Origin: Candidatus Shapirobacteria bacterium
Lineage (GTDB): Bacteria; Patescibacteriota; Microgenomatia; UM-FILTER-40-11
Assembly (NCBI GenBank): GCA_020059745.1
Contig: JAGVBK010000003.1
Location: 68,492 to 132,491, forward strand
Direction: 5' to 3'
DNA length: 64,000 bases
Made by a program: the position numbers and the translations under genes. Below, piece after piece: positions 46,303 through 55,664 of this stretch (its first letter is position 1; every line of letters begins with the position of its first letter). The notes beneath the pieces were generated by a model. It searched no databases, was not told the DNA's origin, and saw nothing but the letters and a program-made list of their open reading frames with translations.

Positions 46303-47811
46303 ATGAAAATATTGCTAGCTAATCCTAGTTGCAGAATTAAAATCGGACAGGACAAAGAGAGGTATTTTGTGCGGGCAGGGAGCAGGTGGCCTTTTTCTAC
46401 CGTTAAAAAGCGGAAACAGCCGCCTGAGTATATTCCTTTTCCTTTTTATCTTGCATATACTGCTGCTCTCTTAGAAAAAGAAGGACATGAAGTTATTGTT
46501 GATGACGGTGTGGCCACTAATCAGACAGAAAAAGAATTTTTAGACAATGTTTTAAAATCAAGTCTCAAGGTAATTCTTTTTGAGACCTCAACGCCGACCA
46601 TAAATTATGACTTAAGGCTGGTAAAAAGAATAAAAAAATTACTCCCCGATACTGTGGTTTGTCTTGCTGGTACTCATGCAACCACTTTTTTTAAAGAAAT
46701 TTTAATAGAAAGCAAGGGGGTTGATTTTGTTTTTCTTGGTGAATATGAGATAAATTTTTCTAAACTGGTTAATGCTTTGGATAAAAAGTGGAACCTCGAA
46801 AAAATCAAAGGCATTGCTTTTAAGAAAGATGGCAAAATATTTTTCTCGGAGCCGGAATTGGTTGAACCCCTTGATCAGCTTCCTTTTCCATCCCGCCATC
46901 TTTTTCCGAATAACAAAAACCCTGACCCAACCATTTATTGGGATGGGTTTTGCCAGAATAAACCTGCCATTCAAATGCATGCCTCAAGGGGGTGCCCTTT
47001 TCGGTGCAATTTCTGCCTTTGGAATCAAGTAATGTATCGGAACGGAAAGTACCGTTTTTTTTCAGCAAAAAGAGTAGCTGATGAAATGGAAGAAGTGATT
47101 AAAAAGTATAAGGCAAGGGAAATATATTTTGACGATGACACTTTTACGGCTAATAAAAAACAGGTGATTGAGGTGTGTAGGGAAATAAAAAAAAGGAAGT
47201 TAAAAGTAAGCTGGTCGGTAATGGGAGATGCTATGGTAACTGATAGGGAAATGATAGAGGCAATGGCAGATGCTGGTTGCATCGGTATGAAATTCGGAGT
47301 TGAAAGCGGAAACCTGAAGATCTTAAGACACATTGAAAAACCTGTTAATTTTGAAAAATTAAGAGAGTTCACGAACTGGTGCGCAAAAAGGAGGATAAAA
47401 ACCCATGCCACTTTTACTTTTGGCCTTTCCGGAGAAACAGGGGAGACAATGAGAGAAACAATGGAACTTGCCAAAAGCCTTGATGTGGATTCTGTCCAAT
47501 TTAGCATTACCACTCCATTTCCCGGAACAAGATACTATGAAGAAGTAAAAAGGAAAAAAATGCTTAAGGCTAAAAAATGGGCTGATTTTGATGGCTCTTC
47601 GGCCTCGATAGTAAAATTTGGAAAATTATCAAGTAAGGAAGTCGTTGAATTTTACAAAAGTGCTTCAAGGAGATGGCTTATTCATAAACTTACCAAGCCA
47701 AGATGGGTACAGAGACAATTTAAAAATCTGAATAGACTAAGGAAAGGGCAGGGGAGCGGTGTAATTTTTGAGAAAACCTTTAGGGTAATTGGGCTTCTGA
47801 AAGGACAATAA
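46303..47811 (+). CDS. Cobalamin-binding (class B) radical SAM enzyme.
   Basis: It has an N-terminal B12-binding-like domain, then ASRGCPFRCNFC (CxxxCxxC) and an elongated rSAM core. It is paralogous to the 55661 and 62058 genes. Confidence 0.75.
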   Translation: MKILLANPSCRIKIGQDKERYFVRAGSRWPFSTVKKRKQPPEYIPFPFYLAYTAALLEKEGHEVIVDDGVATNQTEKEFLDNVLKSSLKVILFETSTPTINYDLRLVKRIKKLLPDTVVCLAGTHATTFFKEILIESKGVDFVFLGEYEINFSKLVNALDKKWNLEKIKGIAFKKDGKIFFSEPELVEPLDQLPFPSRHLFPNNKNPDPTIYWDGFCQNKPAIQMHASRGCPFRCNFCLWNQVMYRNGKYRFFSAKRVADEMEEVIKKYKAREIYFDDDTFTANKKQVIEVCREIKKRKLKVSWSVMGDAMVTDREMIEAMADAGCIGMKFGVESGNLKILRHIEKPVNFEKLREFTNWCAKRRIKTHATFTFGLSGETGETMRETMELAKSLDVDSVQFSITTPFPGTRYYEEVKRKKMLKAKKWADFDGSSASIVKFGKLSSKEVVEFYKSASRRWLIHKLTKPRWVQRQFKNLNRLRKGQGSGVIFEKTFRVIGLLKGQ

Positions 47812-49004
47812 TGTTAAAGAAAAAGGAAAATAACTCTTTAAAAGCCGCGGTTTTGCTGGGCCAGTTAACGGTTCTTGGGGGGGTGGGAATAGCTGCCGTG
47901 AACGAAGTGAGAGAGCTTAGAAAGCTTGGCGTTGATGCCGAGCTGGTTATCCTTTTTAGAAAAAAGGAGTTTAATTCAATTAAGGACTATAATGCCGGCG
48001 ATGTTCCCATTGTTTTTCTTTCAGATTTTTTGCCTCGTTTTATGAGGTTAAATTTTAAGTTCCCCTTTTTCTCATTTTTTAGCTTTTTCCATATCGGCGC
48101 AATTTTTTGGGCGCCTTCTCTTATAAAAAAGCGTAACTATGAAGTAATTTTAGTTCATGAAACATACAACTGCTTTTCTGCCATTGCGGCCGCAAGGGCG
48201 AGCAAGGCTAAACTAATTAGTTACCTTTGGGACCCGGTTTCATATATTGTCCCCAGAATTTATGGTAAGAAGCTGCCAAAATTTTTCCTTCCGTTTTTAA
48301 AGGCGTTTACGATGTTTGTCGATAAACAAATTTACAAAAGAAGCGATGTTGTTCTGATCGGTTCAAATTTGCACAAAAATACATTTGAAACTTTTAGCCA
48401 AAAAAAGCCGTTAATAATTCTTCCGGCAGGGACGGAAATCCTGAAAAATCCGCCAAAAGTCAGAGACAGGGTTATTGTTTCTTTAACAAAATGGGATAGG
48501 GGAAAAAACCCGGAATTCATTTTACAAGTTGCTAAAAAGTTAGTTGGCGATTTTGTTTGGCTGATTGCCGGCAACTGGTCAGATCAGGATCAAAAAGAAG
48601 TATTTTTAAAAAAAATCAAAGAGATGAAGTTGGAGAAAAAAGTAAAGATAATCGGGAAAGTTACGGAGGAAGAAAAAAGAAAGCTATTTTCTCAGGCAAG
48701 GGTACTGGTTCACCCGATTGTGGAGGCTTTTGGCATGTTTGCTCTGGAGGCTGCCGGTTGCGGCTGCCCTTTTGTTATTCCCAAAAACTCCGGGGTTACC
48801 GAACTTTTTAAGGAGGAGAAACATGGCTATTTCCCTGGCGAGGGTAATACCGCTTCATTTGTTGAAAGAATTGAAGATCTTCTTAAAGATGAAAAAAAGA
48901 CTGGAGAAATGGGAAGAAAAGCTTGGGAACAAGCAAAGAAATATTCTTGGAAAGAGCATGCTTTAAAGCTTAAAAAAATATTTGAAAAAGCGATCCTGAA
49001 ATGA
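47811..49004 (+). CDS. Family 4 glycosyltransferase with a GT-B fold.
   Basis: The C-terminal region reads EAFGMFALEAAGCGCPFVIP. Confidence 0.7.
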   Translation: MLKKKENNSLKAAVLLGQLTVLGGVGIAAVNEVRELRKLGVDAELVILFRKKEFNSIKDYNAGDVPIVFLSDFLPRFMRLNFKFPFFSFFSFFHIGAIFWAPSLIKKRNYEVILVHETYNCFSAIAAARASKAKLISYLWDPVSYIVPRIYGKKLPKFFLPFLKAFTMFVDKQIYKRSDVVLIGSNLHKNTFETFSQKKPLIILPAGTEILKNPPKVRDRVIVSLTKWDRGKNPEFILQVAKKLVGDFVWLIAGNWSDQDQKEVFLKKIKEMKLEKKVKIIGKVTEEEKRKLFSQARVLVHPIVEAFGMFALEAAGCGCPFVIPKNSGVTELFKEEKHGYFPGEGNTASFVERIEDLLKDEKKTGEMGRKAWEQAKKYSWKEHALKLKKIFEKAILK

Positions 49005-49666
49005 GGGTAAAAAATAAAGAACAAACTTCTCAAATTGGTTATGACTCTTGGCATAAAACTCTCGGGTTTGGAGAAGAGAGGGAATATTATGAAATGCTGG
49101 GAGCTCTTCTAAAAGGAAGCAAATCAGTTGATATTGGCTGCGGGTCTGGTTTTATTGAGATTTATTCTCCAAATACTGTTGGTGTTGATTTTTCAAAAGA
49201 AGCATTAAAAATTGCAAAAAAGAACGGAGCAAAGCATTTGGTGCAAGCTTCGGCAGACAACCTTCCTTTTAAAGAAAATGAATTTGAAATTTCTTTAAGC
49301 AATGGAGTGCTTGAGCACTGCATTAATCAGGAGAAGGTAGTAGAGGAAATGGTCAGGGTTTCCAAAATTCAAATTATTATTGCCCATGCCAGGCTTCCTT
49401 ACGGTTTGGAACTTATAAGAAAACCTTTTATCGGACTTTTTGGATTAAAAGACCAGCCGGTTGAAAAACCGTTAACATTAAATCAAATTGAAAGAATGCT
49501 TCTTAAAAACAGCAGCCGTGTTTTGGTCAAGGGGATATGGAATTATGTTGACTTAAGGTGGGTTTGGAAAAAGATCCCTTATGGCATTGTGAAAATTCCT
49601 TCACATCATTTTATTATTGCCATTAAAACAAAACAATTAAATAGGAGGCTGCTTGGCAAAGAATAA
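49001..49666 (+). CDS. Class I SAM-dependent methyltransferase.
   Basis: Motif I reads VDIGCGSGF. There is an acidic DNLPF loop and then NGVLEH. Confidence 0.7.
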   Translation: MRVKNKEQTSQIGYDSWHKTLGFGEEREYYEMLGALLKGSKSVDIGCGSGFIEIYSPNTVGVDFSKEALKIAKKNGAKHLVQASADNLPFKENEFEISLSNGVLEHCINQEKVVEEMVRVSKIQIIIAHARLPYGLELIRKPFIGLFGLKDQPVEKPLTLNQIERMLLKNSSRVLVKGIWNYVDLRWVWKKIPYGIVKIPSHHFIIAIKTKQLNRRLLGKE

Positions 49667-50369
49667 AAACTTCAAGGAAAAACAAGCGGAGTACTTCGAC
49701 AAGCAATCTCAAAAAGCTAGAGATTTTGAAGAGACCAAGGCTTCAAGGTTTGAGTTTGACACGGTACTTTCTTTTATGGATTTGCCTCATGGCAGCGAAA
49801 TATTGGAACTTGGTTGTGGAGCAGGGAGATATTCTTTAAAGTTTTTACAAGCGGGCTATGATGTTTTGGGAGTTGATATTTCAACATCATCGCTAAGAAA
49901 ACTTCAGGATTTATATAACATCCAAAAAAAACCTGAGTGGGGGAGACTTAGAGTAAGCCAAAAGTTGCCAGAAGAAGGAAATTTTGACGCTTTAGTTTGT
50001 GTGAATATTCTTCACCATACGGAGGAGCCAAGGGAGATGTTGATAAAAGCAAAAAGATTGTTAAATAACAAGGGAAAGATTTTTATTTTTGAGCCCAACC
50101 CGTTTTGCCTTCCTTGGTATCTTTTGTTTTTATTTAAGGGGATTTTATCAATTGAAAAAAATATTGCCAAAACCGGAGTTTTAAATTTAAAAAGAATGCT
50201 CAAAGAGACTGGGTTTGTGAACATTCAGTCAAGGCCGTATGGTTTCATTCCTACCCGTTTAATTTGCTGGTCAGGGTGGCTTCTTAGGTTTAGTTCTGTT
50301 ACTTTGGCAAAAATTCCTCCGATTTGTTTTTTTTCTTTTCATAATATGGTTAAAGCGGAAATAAGCTAA
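49653..50369 (+). CDS. Class I SAM-dependent methyltransferase.
   Basis: Motif I reads ILELGCGAGRYS, and the DVLGVDIS and CVNILHH motifs follow. Confidence 0.75.
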   Translation: MAKNKNFKEKQAEYFDKQSQKARDFEETKASRFEFDTVLSFMDLPHGSEILELGCGAGRYSLKFLQAGYDVLGVDISTSSLRKLQDLYNIQKKPEWGRLRVSQKLPEEGNFDALVCVNILHHTEEPREMLIKAKRLLNNKGKIFIFEPNPFCLPWYLLFLFKGILSIEKNIAKTGVLNLKRMLKETGFVNIQSRPYGFIPTRLICWSGWLLRFSSVTLAKIPPICFFSFHNMVKAEIS

Positions 50370-51494
50370 ATGTTTAAGAAAGCATTATTTATTCTTAAAA
50401 ATAATCCTTCATATTTTTTCCCTTTAATAGCCGGTTTATTGAGAAGAATTGTTTTGGTGAAAACATTTAGCCGTTTCCTTTACCCCGAGCTTATTACAAT
50501 CACGGTTACCAACCGCTGTAATTTTAATTGCCCGGGTTGCTCTTCGAACTCACCCTTATATACTCGTAAAAATGGCAAAGTTAAAGAAGTCAGCCTCAAA
50601 GATATTAAAAAAGTTATTGATGAAGTGGCCGTTTTTAAACCTTTTATATATTTAAACGGTGGCGAGCCGACTTTAAGAGATGACTTAGTTGAGATAATAA
50701 AATATGTTAAAAGCAAAAAATTAGTTTGCTCTTTTACTACAAACGGAAGCCTATTAACTCCGGATTTGTTAGAGAAATTAGTAAAAGCCAAACTTGATTT
50801 TCTGTCGGTTTCAATTGACGGGCCAAAAGAGTTCCACGACAAAATTCGTGGCTTTAAAGGTGCTTTTGATAGAGCGGTTTCCGGTTTGGAAAGCTTGAGA
50901 CTGCTAAAAAATAAATACAAAGTTTCTTATCCACATGTAAGACTGGCCTCAATTATTTATCCTGAGAATATTAATAATTCAAAATATATTATTAATTTGG
51001 CCAATAATCTTAAGGTGAATGAGTTGGGTTTTGGTTTTCTTATGTATTATCCAGAAAAAATAATTGGGATGCAGAAAAAGTTTGTTGAAAAAAACAAAAC
51101 AGGCGGAGAAGAACCGATTGGTTTAAAGATTGACAACAATTACAGATTTAACTTTGACGAAAAGAAATACCTAAATTTTTTGGCTTATCTAAAGAAGAGC
51201 AAAATTCCATACTTCTTTGCATATCAAGGCAATCAATATAAAGAGTATTTTGACCCCGGCGTCTTTCCGAGTAATAAATCAGTTTGTTTGACACCTTGGA
51301 ACAATTTACTTATTCATCCTAACGGAGATTTAGGTGTTTGTCAGGGATTTAGGTTTGGCAGTATTTATAAAAGCAGCATTCTTAAGCAATGGAATAGTGA
51401 GGAAATGGTCAGGTTTAGGAAAAAAAGAGCCCAGGGGCCTTTTCCTGTCTGTTTCAGGTGTAATGAGGGCCAAAAAATTAAATTCGATAAATGA
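50370..51494 (+). CDS. Radical SAM protein with a SPASM/twitch C-terminal domain.
   Basis: Contains TNRCNFNCPGC (CxxxCxxC). The C-terminal cysteines are CLTPW...CQGF...CFRC. Confidence 0.75.
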   Translation: MFKKALFILKNNPSYFFPLIAGLLRRIVLVKTFSRFLYPELITITVTNRCNFNCPGCSSNSPLYTRKNGKVKEVSLKDIKKVIDEVAVFKPFIYLNGGEPTLRDDLVEIIKYVKSKKLVCSFTTNGSLLTPDLLEKLVKAKLDFLSVSIDGPKEFHDKIRGFKGAFDRAVSGLESLRLLKNKYKVSYPHVRLASIIYPENINNSKYIINLANNLKVNELGFGFLMYYPEKIIGMQKKFVEKNKTGGEEPIGLKIDNNYRFNFDEKKYLNFLAYLKKSKIPYFFAYQGNQYKEYFDPGVFPSNKSVCLTPWNNLLIHPNGDLGVCQGFRFGSIYKSSILKQWNSEEMVRFRKKRAQGPFPVCFRCNEGQKIKFDK

Positions 51495-52678
51495 AAGCAG
51501 TAATTTTTGACATTAACCGCTTAAGTTTTGAAGGAGGGGCGGAAAAGTACTTTACGGAAGTCGGGAAAGAGTTATCTAAAAAAGACTATGATGTTTTTTT
51601 TATTGGAGACTGCCGTCCTATTCTGAAGTTCTACATTTTATTAGGGTCTTTACTTTTGGTTAACCCCGTTTGGAAACTGCCTCGCTTGTTTGCAGAGTTG
51701 AAGAAATCTTCGGCACTGCCTGCTGGAGCTGATAGGTATTTTACTCACATCGGCTTAAGTCTTTTATCTTTGGTTTCGTTTTCAAGAAATAGGAAAAAAA
51801 TCAAAGGTATTTTAAAAGAATCCGATTTAGTTTTAATTAAAAATGAATTTATTGAGCTTTTATTTTATTTTTTGCTGGGTGTAAGAACAAATTCTTATGT
51901 TTTAGTTTTTAGTTCCATACAATATCAATCTCCTCAAAGCTTAAGGGCTTTTTTGCATAATCTTTCTTATTCAAGTTTTATTTATAAATACTTGCTAAAA
52001 AAAATCGGGAAGGCAGTCACCTCAAACTCATTTGATAGAGATTTATTGGTAAAAAACTTTGGACTAAAAAAAGAGAAAATTCACTTAATTCCGTACGGAC
52101 TGGATAAAAAATACTTTGCCGATAAGAGTGAATTAAAAACAAAAGAAGGATTTAGAGTTCTTTTTGTGGGAAGAATGGAGGAACAAAAAGGACTTTTATA
52201 TTTAAAACAAATTATTGAAACTATAAATAGTAAAAAAACAAAGGACATTTCATTTTGCCTGGTTGGCAGTGGGCCTTTAGAAAAAATCCCAACATATTTA
52301 GCCAGCAGGTATTCTAATGTTGAATACAAAGGCCAGCTTTCCCCCGAACAAGTTCGCAGATTATATTTACAGTTTGATTTAGTTTTAATTACTTCAAAGT
52401 GGGAAACATTTAGTTATGTGTGTCTTGAAGCTCAGGCTTGCGGAGTACCGGTTGTTTCTTTTGATATTCCAGGCCCAAGAGATATTGTTTCGTTAACCAA
52501 AGGCGGAGCAATTGTTCCAGTCGGAGAAATTGATAAGTTTACGCAGAAAATACTACATTATTATTCTCTAAAAAACAAAAATAAAGACAAGTATCTCAGC
52601 TTAAAAGAAAGTATTTCAAAAGCAGCCGATAGCTTTTCTCTAGGCAAGACTGTCGATAGGCTGTCCCGGCTTTCTTAG
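51491..52678 (+). CDS. Family 4 glycosyltransferase with a GT-B fold.
   Basis: The C-terminal region reads FSYVCLEAQACGVPVVSFDIPG. Confidence 0.7.
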   Translation: MKAVIFDINRLSFEGGAEKYFTEVGKELSKKDYDVFFIGDCRPILKFYILLGSLLLVNPVWKLPRLFAELKKSSALPAGADRYFTHIGLSLLSLVSFSRNRKKIKGILKESDLVLIKNEFIELLFYFLLGVRTNSYVLVFSSIQYQSPQSLRAFLHNLSYSSFIYKYLLKKIGKAVTSNSFDRDLLVKNFGLKKEKIHLIPYGLDKKYFADKSELKTKEGFRVLFVGRMEEQKGLLYLKQIIETINSKKTKDISFCLVGSGPLEKIPTYLASRYSNVEYKGQLSPEQVRRLYLQFDLVLITSKWETFSYVCLEAQACGVPVVSFDIPGPRDIVSLTKGGAIVPVGEIDKFTQKILHYYSLKNKNKDKYLSLKESISKAADSFSLGKTVDRLSRLS

Positions 52679-52693
52679 TGCTACAATTGATTA

Positions 52694-55360
52694 ATGTTGG
52701 CCCTGTTTAAGAAAAATTGGCCCTTGGCAGTGATATTATTGCTGGGGCTAGTTCCCTTTTTTTGGTTCCGGCCGGGAAAAATTATTGCGGGCGGGGATAA
52801 CTATTTATCCATTAACCCGTCAGCGGGTTATTTTGAAAGTTTTTTTAGCTGGAACAGTAAAACCGATGCGGGAACGCCTTCTTTTCAAAAACCGCTAATC
52901 TTTCCATATTTTACTTTCTATTATTTTGGCCAGAAGATAGGGATCTCTCTTGAATTTTTGCAAAGAGTTTGGTTGGTTTTTCATTTTACTGCCAGGGGTA
53001 TTTTTGCATATTTCTTTATCCGGGAAATTTACCGCGGTAAAGAAAAGGGCGGAATTGTTGCCGGTCTTATCGGCGCAGTTTTTTACATGTTTAACTGTCT
53101 GATAATGCTTGACATAATGACCCTGGCGAGAACTCTTACCTTTACCTACCTTCCGGTAATGCTTTATCTTTTCATGAAAGGCTTAGAAAAAAGAAAACTT
53201 TCCTTAAGATATTGCTTTCTTATTGCCCTGGTTTCAATCCTTTATTCACCGGCAAATGCAAATTTTCCTGTTGTGTTTCCGATCTATCTTATTTTGGCTC
53301 TTTATCTTGTTTATTATGTAATTTTTAGCCGAAGAGTCAAGCATTCTTTGTTTTTTGCCTTAATTACCGCAGTTTTTGTTTTGGTTGCTAATCTTTGGTG
53401 GGTAACTGATTTTTATTTTTCCCAAATTCAGGCCAGCAAGCAATTTATTGCCGCGGTTAAGGAATACGACTTTATAGAAAGGACACCTATTTCTGAATCT
53501 TTTAGGACAATGGGTTTCTGGGCCTTTAGAACTCTTTTAGGGGACAAGCCTCTTATTCCCTTTGCATTGCCTTATTACAAGCTGCCTTTGGTCTTATTAA
53601 CATTCATGATTCCGTTTTTGAGTTTTTCTTCCCTTCTTTTTAGGTCAGAGAACAAGAAAAAATATTTTTTTGCCTTGCTTGCTTTGACGGGAATATTTTT
53701 AGCAAAAGGAGCTAATCCGCCTTTTGGCTTTATTTATAACTTTTTATATGACAAAGTTCCGCTCTTTAGTAGTTTCAGGGAACCTTTTGCTAAATTTACT
53801 TTAATTCATGTTTTTTCTTTTTCCGTTCTTTTAGGTTTTTTTACCGAAGACTTATATAACTACATTGCCCAAAAAGAAAAAAGATATTTGAAATATGCAA
53901 AAGTTTTTCCTGCAGTTGTTATTCTAACAATCTTAATCATTTGTTATCCTCTTTTTTTAGGTAAAAGCATTCAGGATGAAACATGGTATGGTGATTCAAG
54001 ATATTCCCTTTTTGTGAAGGTTCCCCAATATTGGAAAGATCTAAGCATCTGGCTTCAGCGACACAATAAAGATGCCAGGATATTAGTCTTTCCAAAAAAC
54101 TTTTATGGAATGACTTACAATTGGGAATCCGGGGCTTCCTTTGCCGGCCCGGCGGCAATTCCTTTGTTACCTAATCCGATTATCATGCACCCCCCGCGGG
54201 TGCCTACAAGCGAACAAAACAGAATGGCGATGTTAATTTACCGGTCTCTTTATTTAGGCGAGAAAGCCGATATTTTCCCTTATCTTGATTTGTTTAATGT
54301 TGGTTATGTTTTACAGCAGAATGACGCTGCTTTTAATAATGAAACCGGAGTTTTTGACCCTTTTATAATGAATAAATTGTTATCTGATCAAGAGTATCTA
54401 AAACAGGAAGCGGGGTTTGGTCATCTTGAATTCATCAATCAAGACAAAAAAAGCGGCCAAAGAGAAGTGGAAGCGCTTGGCATATTTTCAGTTCGGGGAA
54501 ATAACAAGAGAAGGTATATTTATTCTCCCCAGGAAGTGATTTTTGTTTCAGGCAGGCTGGAAGACTACTGGGATATTTTTTCTTTTTCAGAATACAGCAC
54601 TGGAAGCGCTTACATCTTTTCAGGGGACCAGTACGAAAGCATCAACCCCGCCCAATTTTCTGCTTCCCAGATTTTCATAAGCTTAAAAAACAAGCTTGAT
54701 AGCAAAAACAACGAAAATTATGTTTATAAATTCAGCGTTCCCGTTTCCTCTTTTTTTAGGCTGCTTATTAATAACTTGTTGGTTGGAAAGAGTGAAGAAA
54801 GCGGCAGCAAAGATTATTACTTTAAAATTAACGGTATTGATTTGAACAAATCTAGTAATAAGGGTACATGGGGAAGGAGTGAACCTTTATTGCTTGCCGA
54901 AGGGCAACACACCTTTGAGACCAATTTGCCTGTTGAAGAAATTAAGGACGAGTATATTACTAATCCCTTTTGGATAATCGAAGAAAAAAAGCAAACTGAG
55001 CTTCTAAGTTCTGAGATTATCCCCCAAAAAATTAACCCGGCTAAGTATAAAGTTGAGATAAGCAGGAATAAAGGCGATTCTATTTTAATTCTCAATGAAT
55101 CATTTCACCCGCAATGGAAAGTCTATTACAAAAACCAGGAGCAGAAACCAATTCATTTTTTAGCTAACGGTTATGCTAATGGTTGGATTTTGCCAGAGGA
55201 GTTGTTTAAGGGAAATGAAAAAATCGATTTAGAAATCAGGTACTATCCCCAGGAGGTTGCTCAAAAAGCGGCAGTAGTTTCAGTCTTTTTTGTTTTTACT
55301 GCTGTTTCCTACCTGTCTATTGATTTGTTAGCTGGTTTAGTAAAAAAGAGGGAGCAATAA
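52694..55360 (+). CDS. Large polytopic membrane protein with extensive extracytoplasmic domains, possibly a GT-C/YfhO/AftD-like glycosyltransferase. Function unknown.
   Basis: 888 aa. An N-terminal GGDNYLSINP loop is followed by about 12 TM helices in the first ~420 aa. A large hydrophilic domain follows, and there is a final C-terminal TM helix. Confidence 0.45.
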   Translation: MLALFKKNWPLAVILLLGLVPFFWFRPGKIIAGGDNYLSINPSAGYFESFFSWNSKTDAGTPSFQKPLIFPYFTFYYFGQKIGISLEFLQRVWLVFHFTARGIFAYFFIREIYRGKEKGGIVAGLIGAVFYMFNCLIMLDIMTLARTLTFTYLPVMLYLFMKGLEKRKLSLRYCFLIALVSILYSPANANFPVVFPIYLILALYLVYYVIFSRRVKHSLFFALITAVFVLVANLWWVTDFYFSQIQASKQFIAAVKEYDFIERTPISESFRTMGFWAFRTLLGDKPLIPFALPYYKLPLVLLTFMIPFLSFSSLLFRSENKKKYFFALLALTGIFLAKGANPPFGFIYNFLYDKVPLFSSFREPFAKFTLIHVFSFSVLLGFFTEDLYNYIAQKEKRYLKYAKVFPAVVILTILIICYPLFLGKSIQDETWYGDSRYSLFVKVPQYWKDLSIWLQRHNKDARILVFPKNFYGMTYNWESGASFAGPAAIPLLPNPIIMHPPRVPTSEQNRMAMLIYRSLYLGEKADIFPYLDLFNVGYVLQQNDAAFNNETGVFDPFIMNKLLSDQEYLKQEAGFGHLEFINQDKKSGQREVEALGIFSVRGNNKRRYIYSPQEVIFVSGRLEDYWDIFSFSEYSTGSAYIFSGDQYESINPAQFSASQIFISLKNKLDSKNNENYVYKFSVPVSSFFRLLINNLLVGKSEESGSKDYYFKINGIDLNKSSNKGTWGRSEPLLLAEGQHTFETNLPVEEIKDEYITNPFWIIEEKKQTELLSSEIIPQKINPAKYKVEISRNKGDSILILNESFHPQWKVYYKNQEQKPIHFLANGYANGWILPEELFKGNEKIDLEIRYYPQEVAQKAAVVSVFFVFTAVSYLSIDLLAGLVKKREQ

Positions 55361-55364
55361 GAAA

Positions 55365-55664
55365 ATGTCATTTTTTATAGCTTTAATTTCACTTATTCTG
55401 GTTAACATTTTTTTACTAAAAATAGAAAGCGAATTAATTTATGTTTTTATACCAGTAATTGTGATTTTTACAGAAAAGCACTTTAAAGTCGATGCAAAAA
55501 TAACTATAGTTTCGGGACTCTTTTTTTTATCTTTATGTGCGGTTTTCATGCTTATAAATGAAACCGTGGCATCTAAGCTCGCTGTCTGGGCGTTTTTGCT
55601 TTTGCTTTCCGGAACATTTAAAATGATATTTCAGCAAGAAGAAACTAAAAAATTAAAAAAATGA
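55365..55664 (+). CDS. Small membrane protein with 3 TM helices.
   Basis: 99-aa ORF packed between overlapping neighbours. It is hydrophobic with a lysine-rich tail. Confidence 0.45.
   Translation: MSFFIALISLILVNIFLLKIESELIYVFIPVIVIFTEKHFKVDAKITIVSGLFFLSLCAVFMLINETVASKLAVWAFLLLLSGTFKMIFQQEETKKLKK

Noticed and set aside
47025-47513. A 162-aa minus-strand ORF, and many other antisense ORFs of 60-110 aa in the six-frame track (for example 213-401, 1784-2011, 3024-3281, 13862-14086, 15900-16361, 34013-34306).
   Set aside because: All are embedded in, and antisense to or out of frame with, long motif-supported CDS. They are low-complexity or lysine/serine-rich, as expected from AT-rich DNA, and I see no conserved motifs in them.
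44239-51494. A RiPP (SPASM-maturase) biosynthetic cluster.
   Set aside because: There is no plausible short precursor-peptide ORF adjacent to either SPASM gene, and the neighbours are all sugar-pathway enzymes. I keep it only as a caveat inside the radical-SAM finding.
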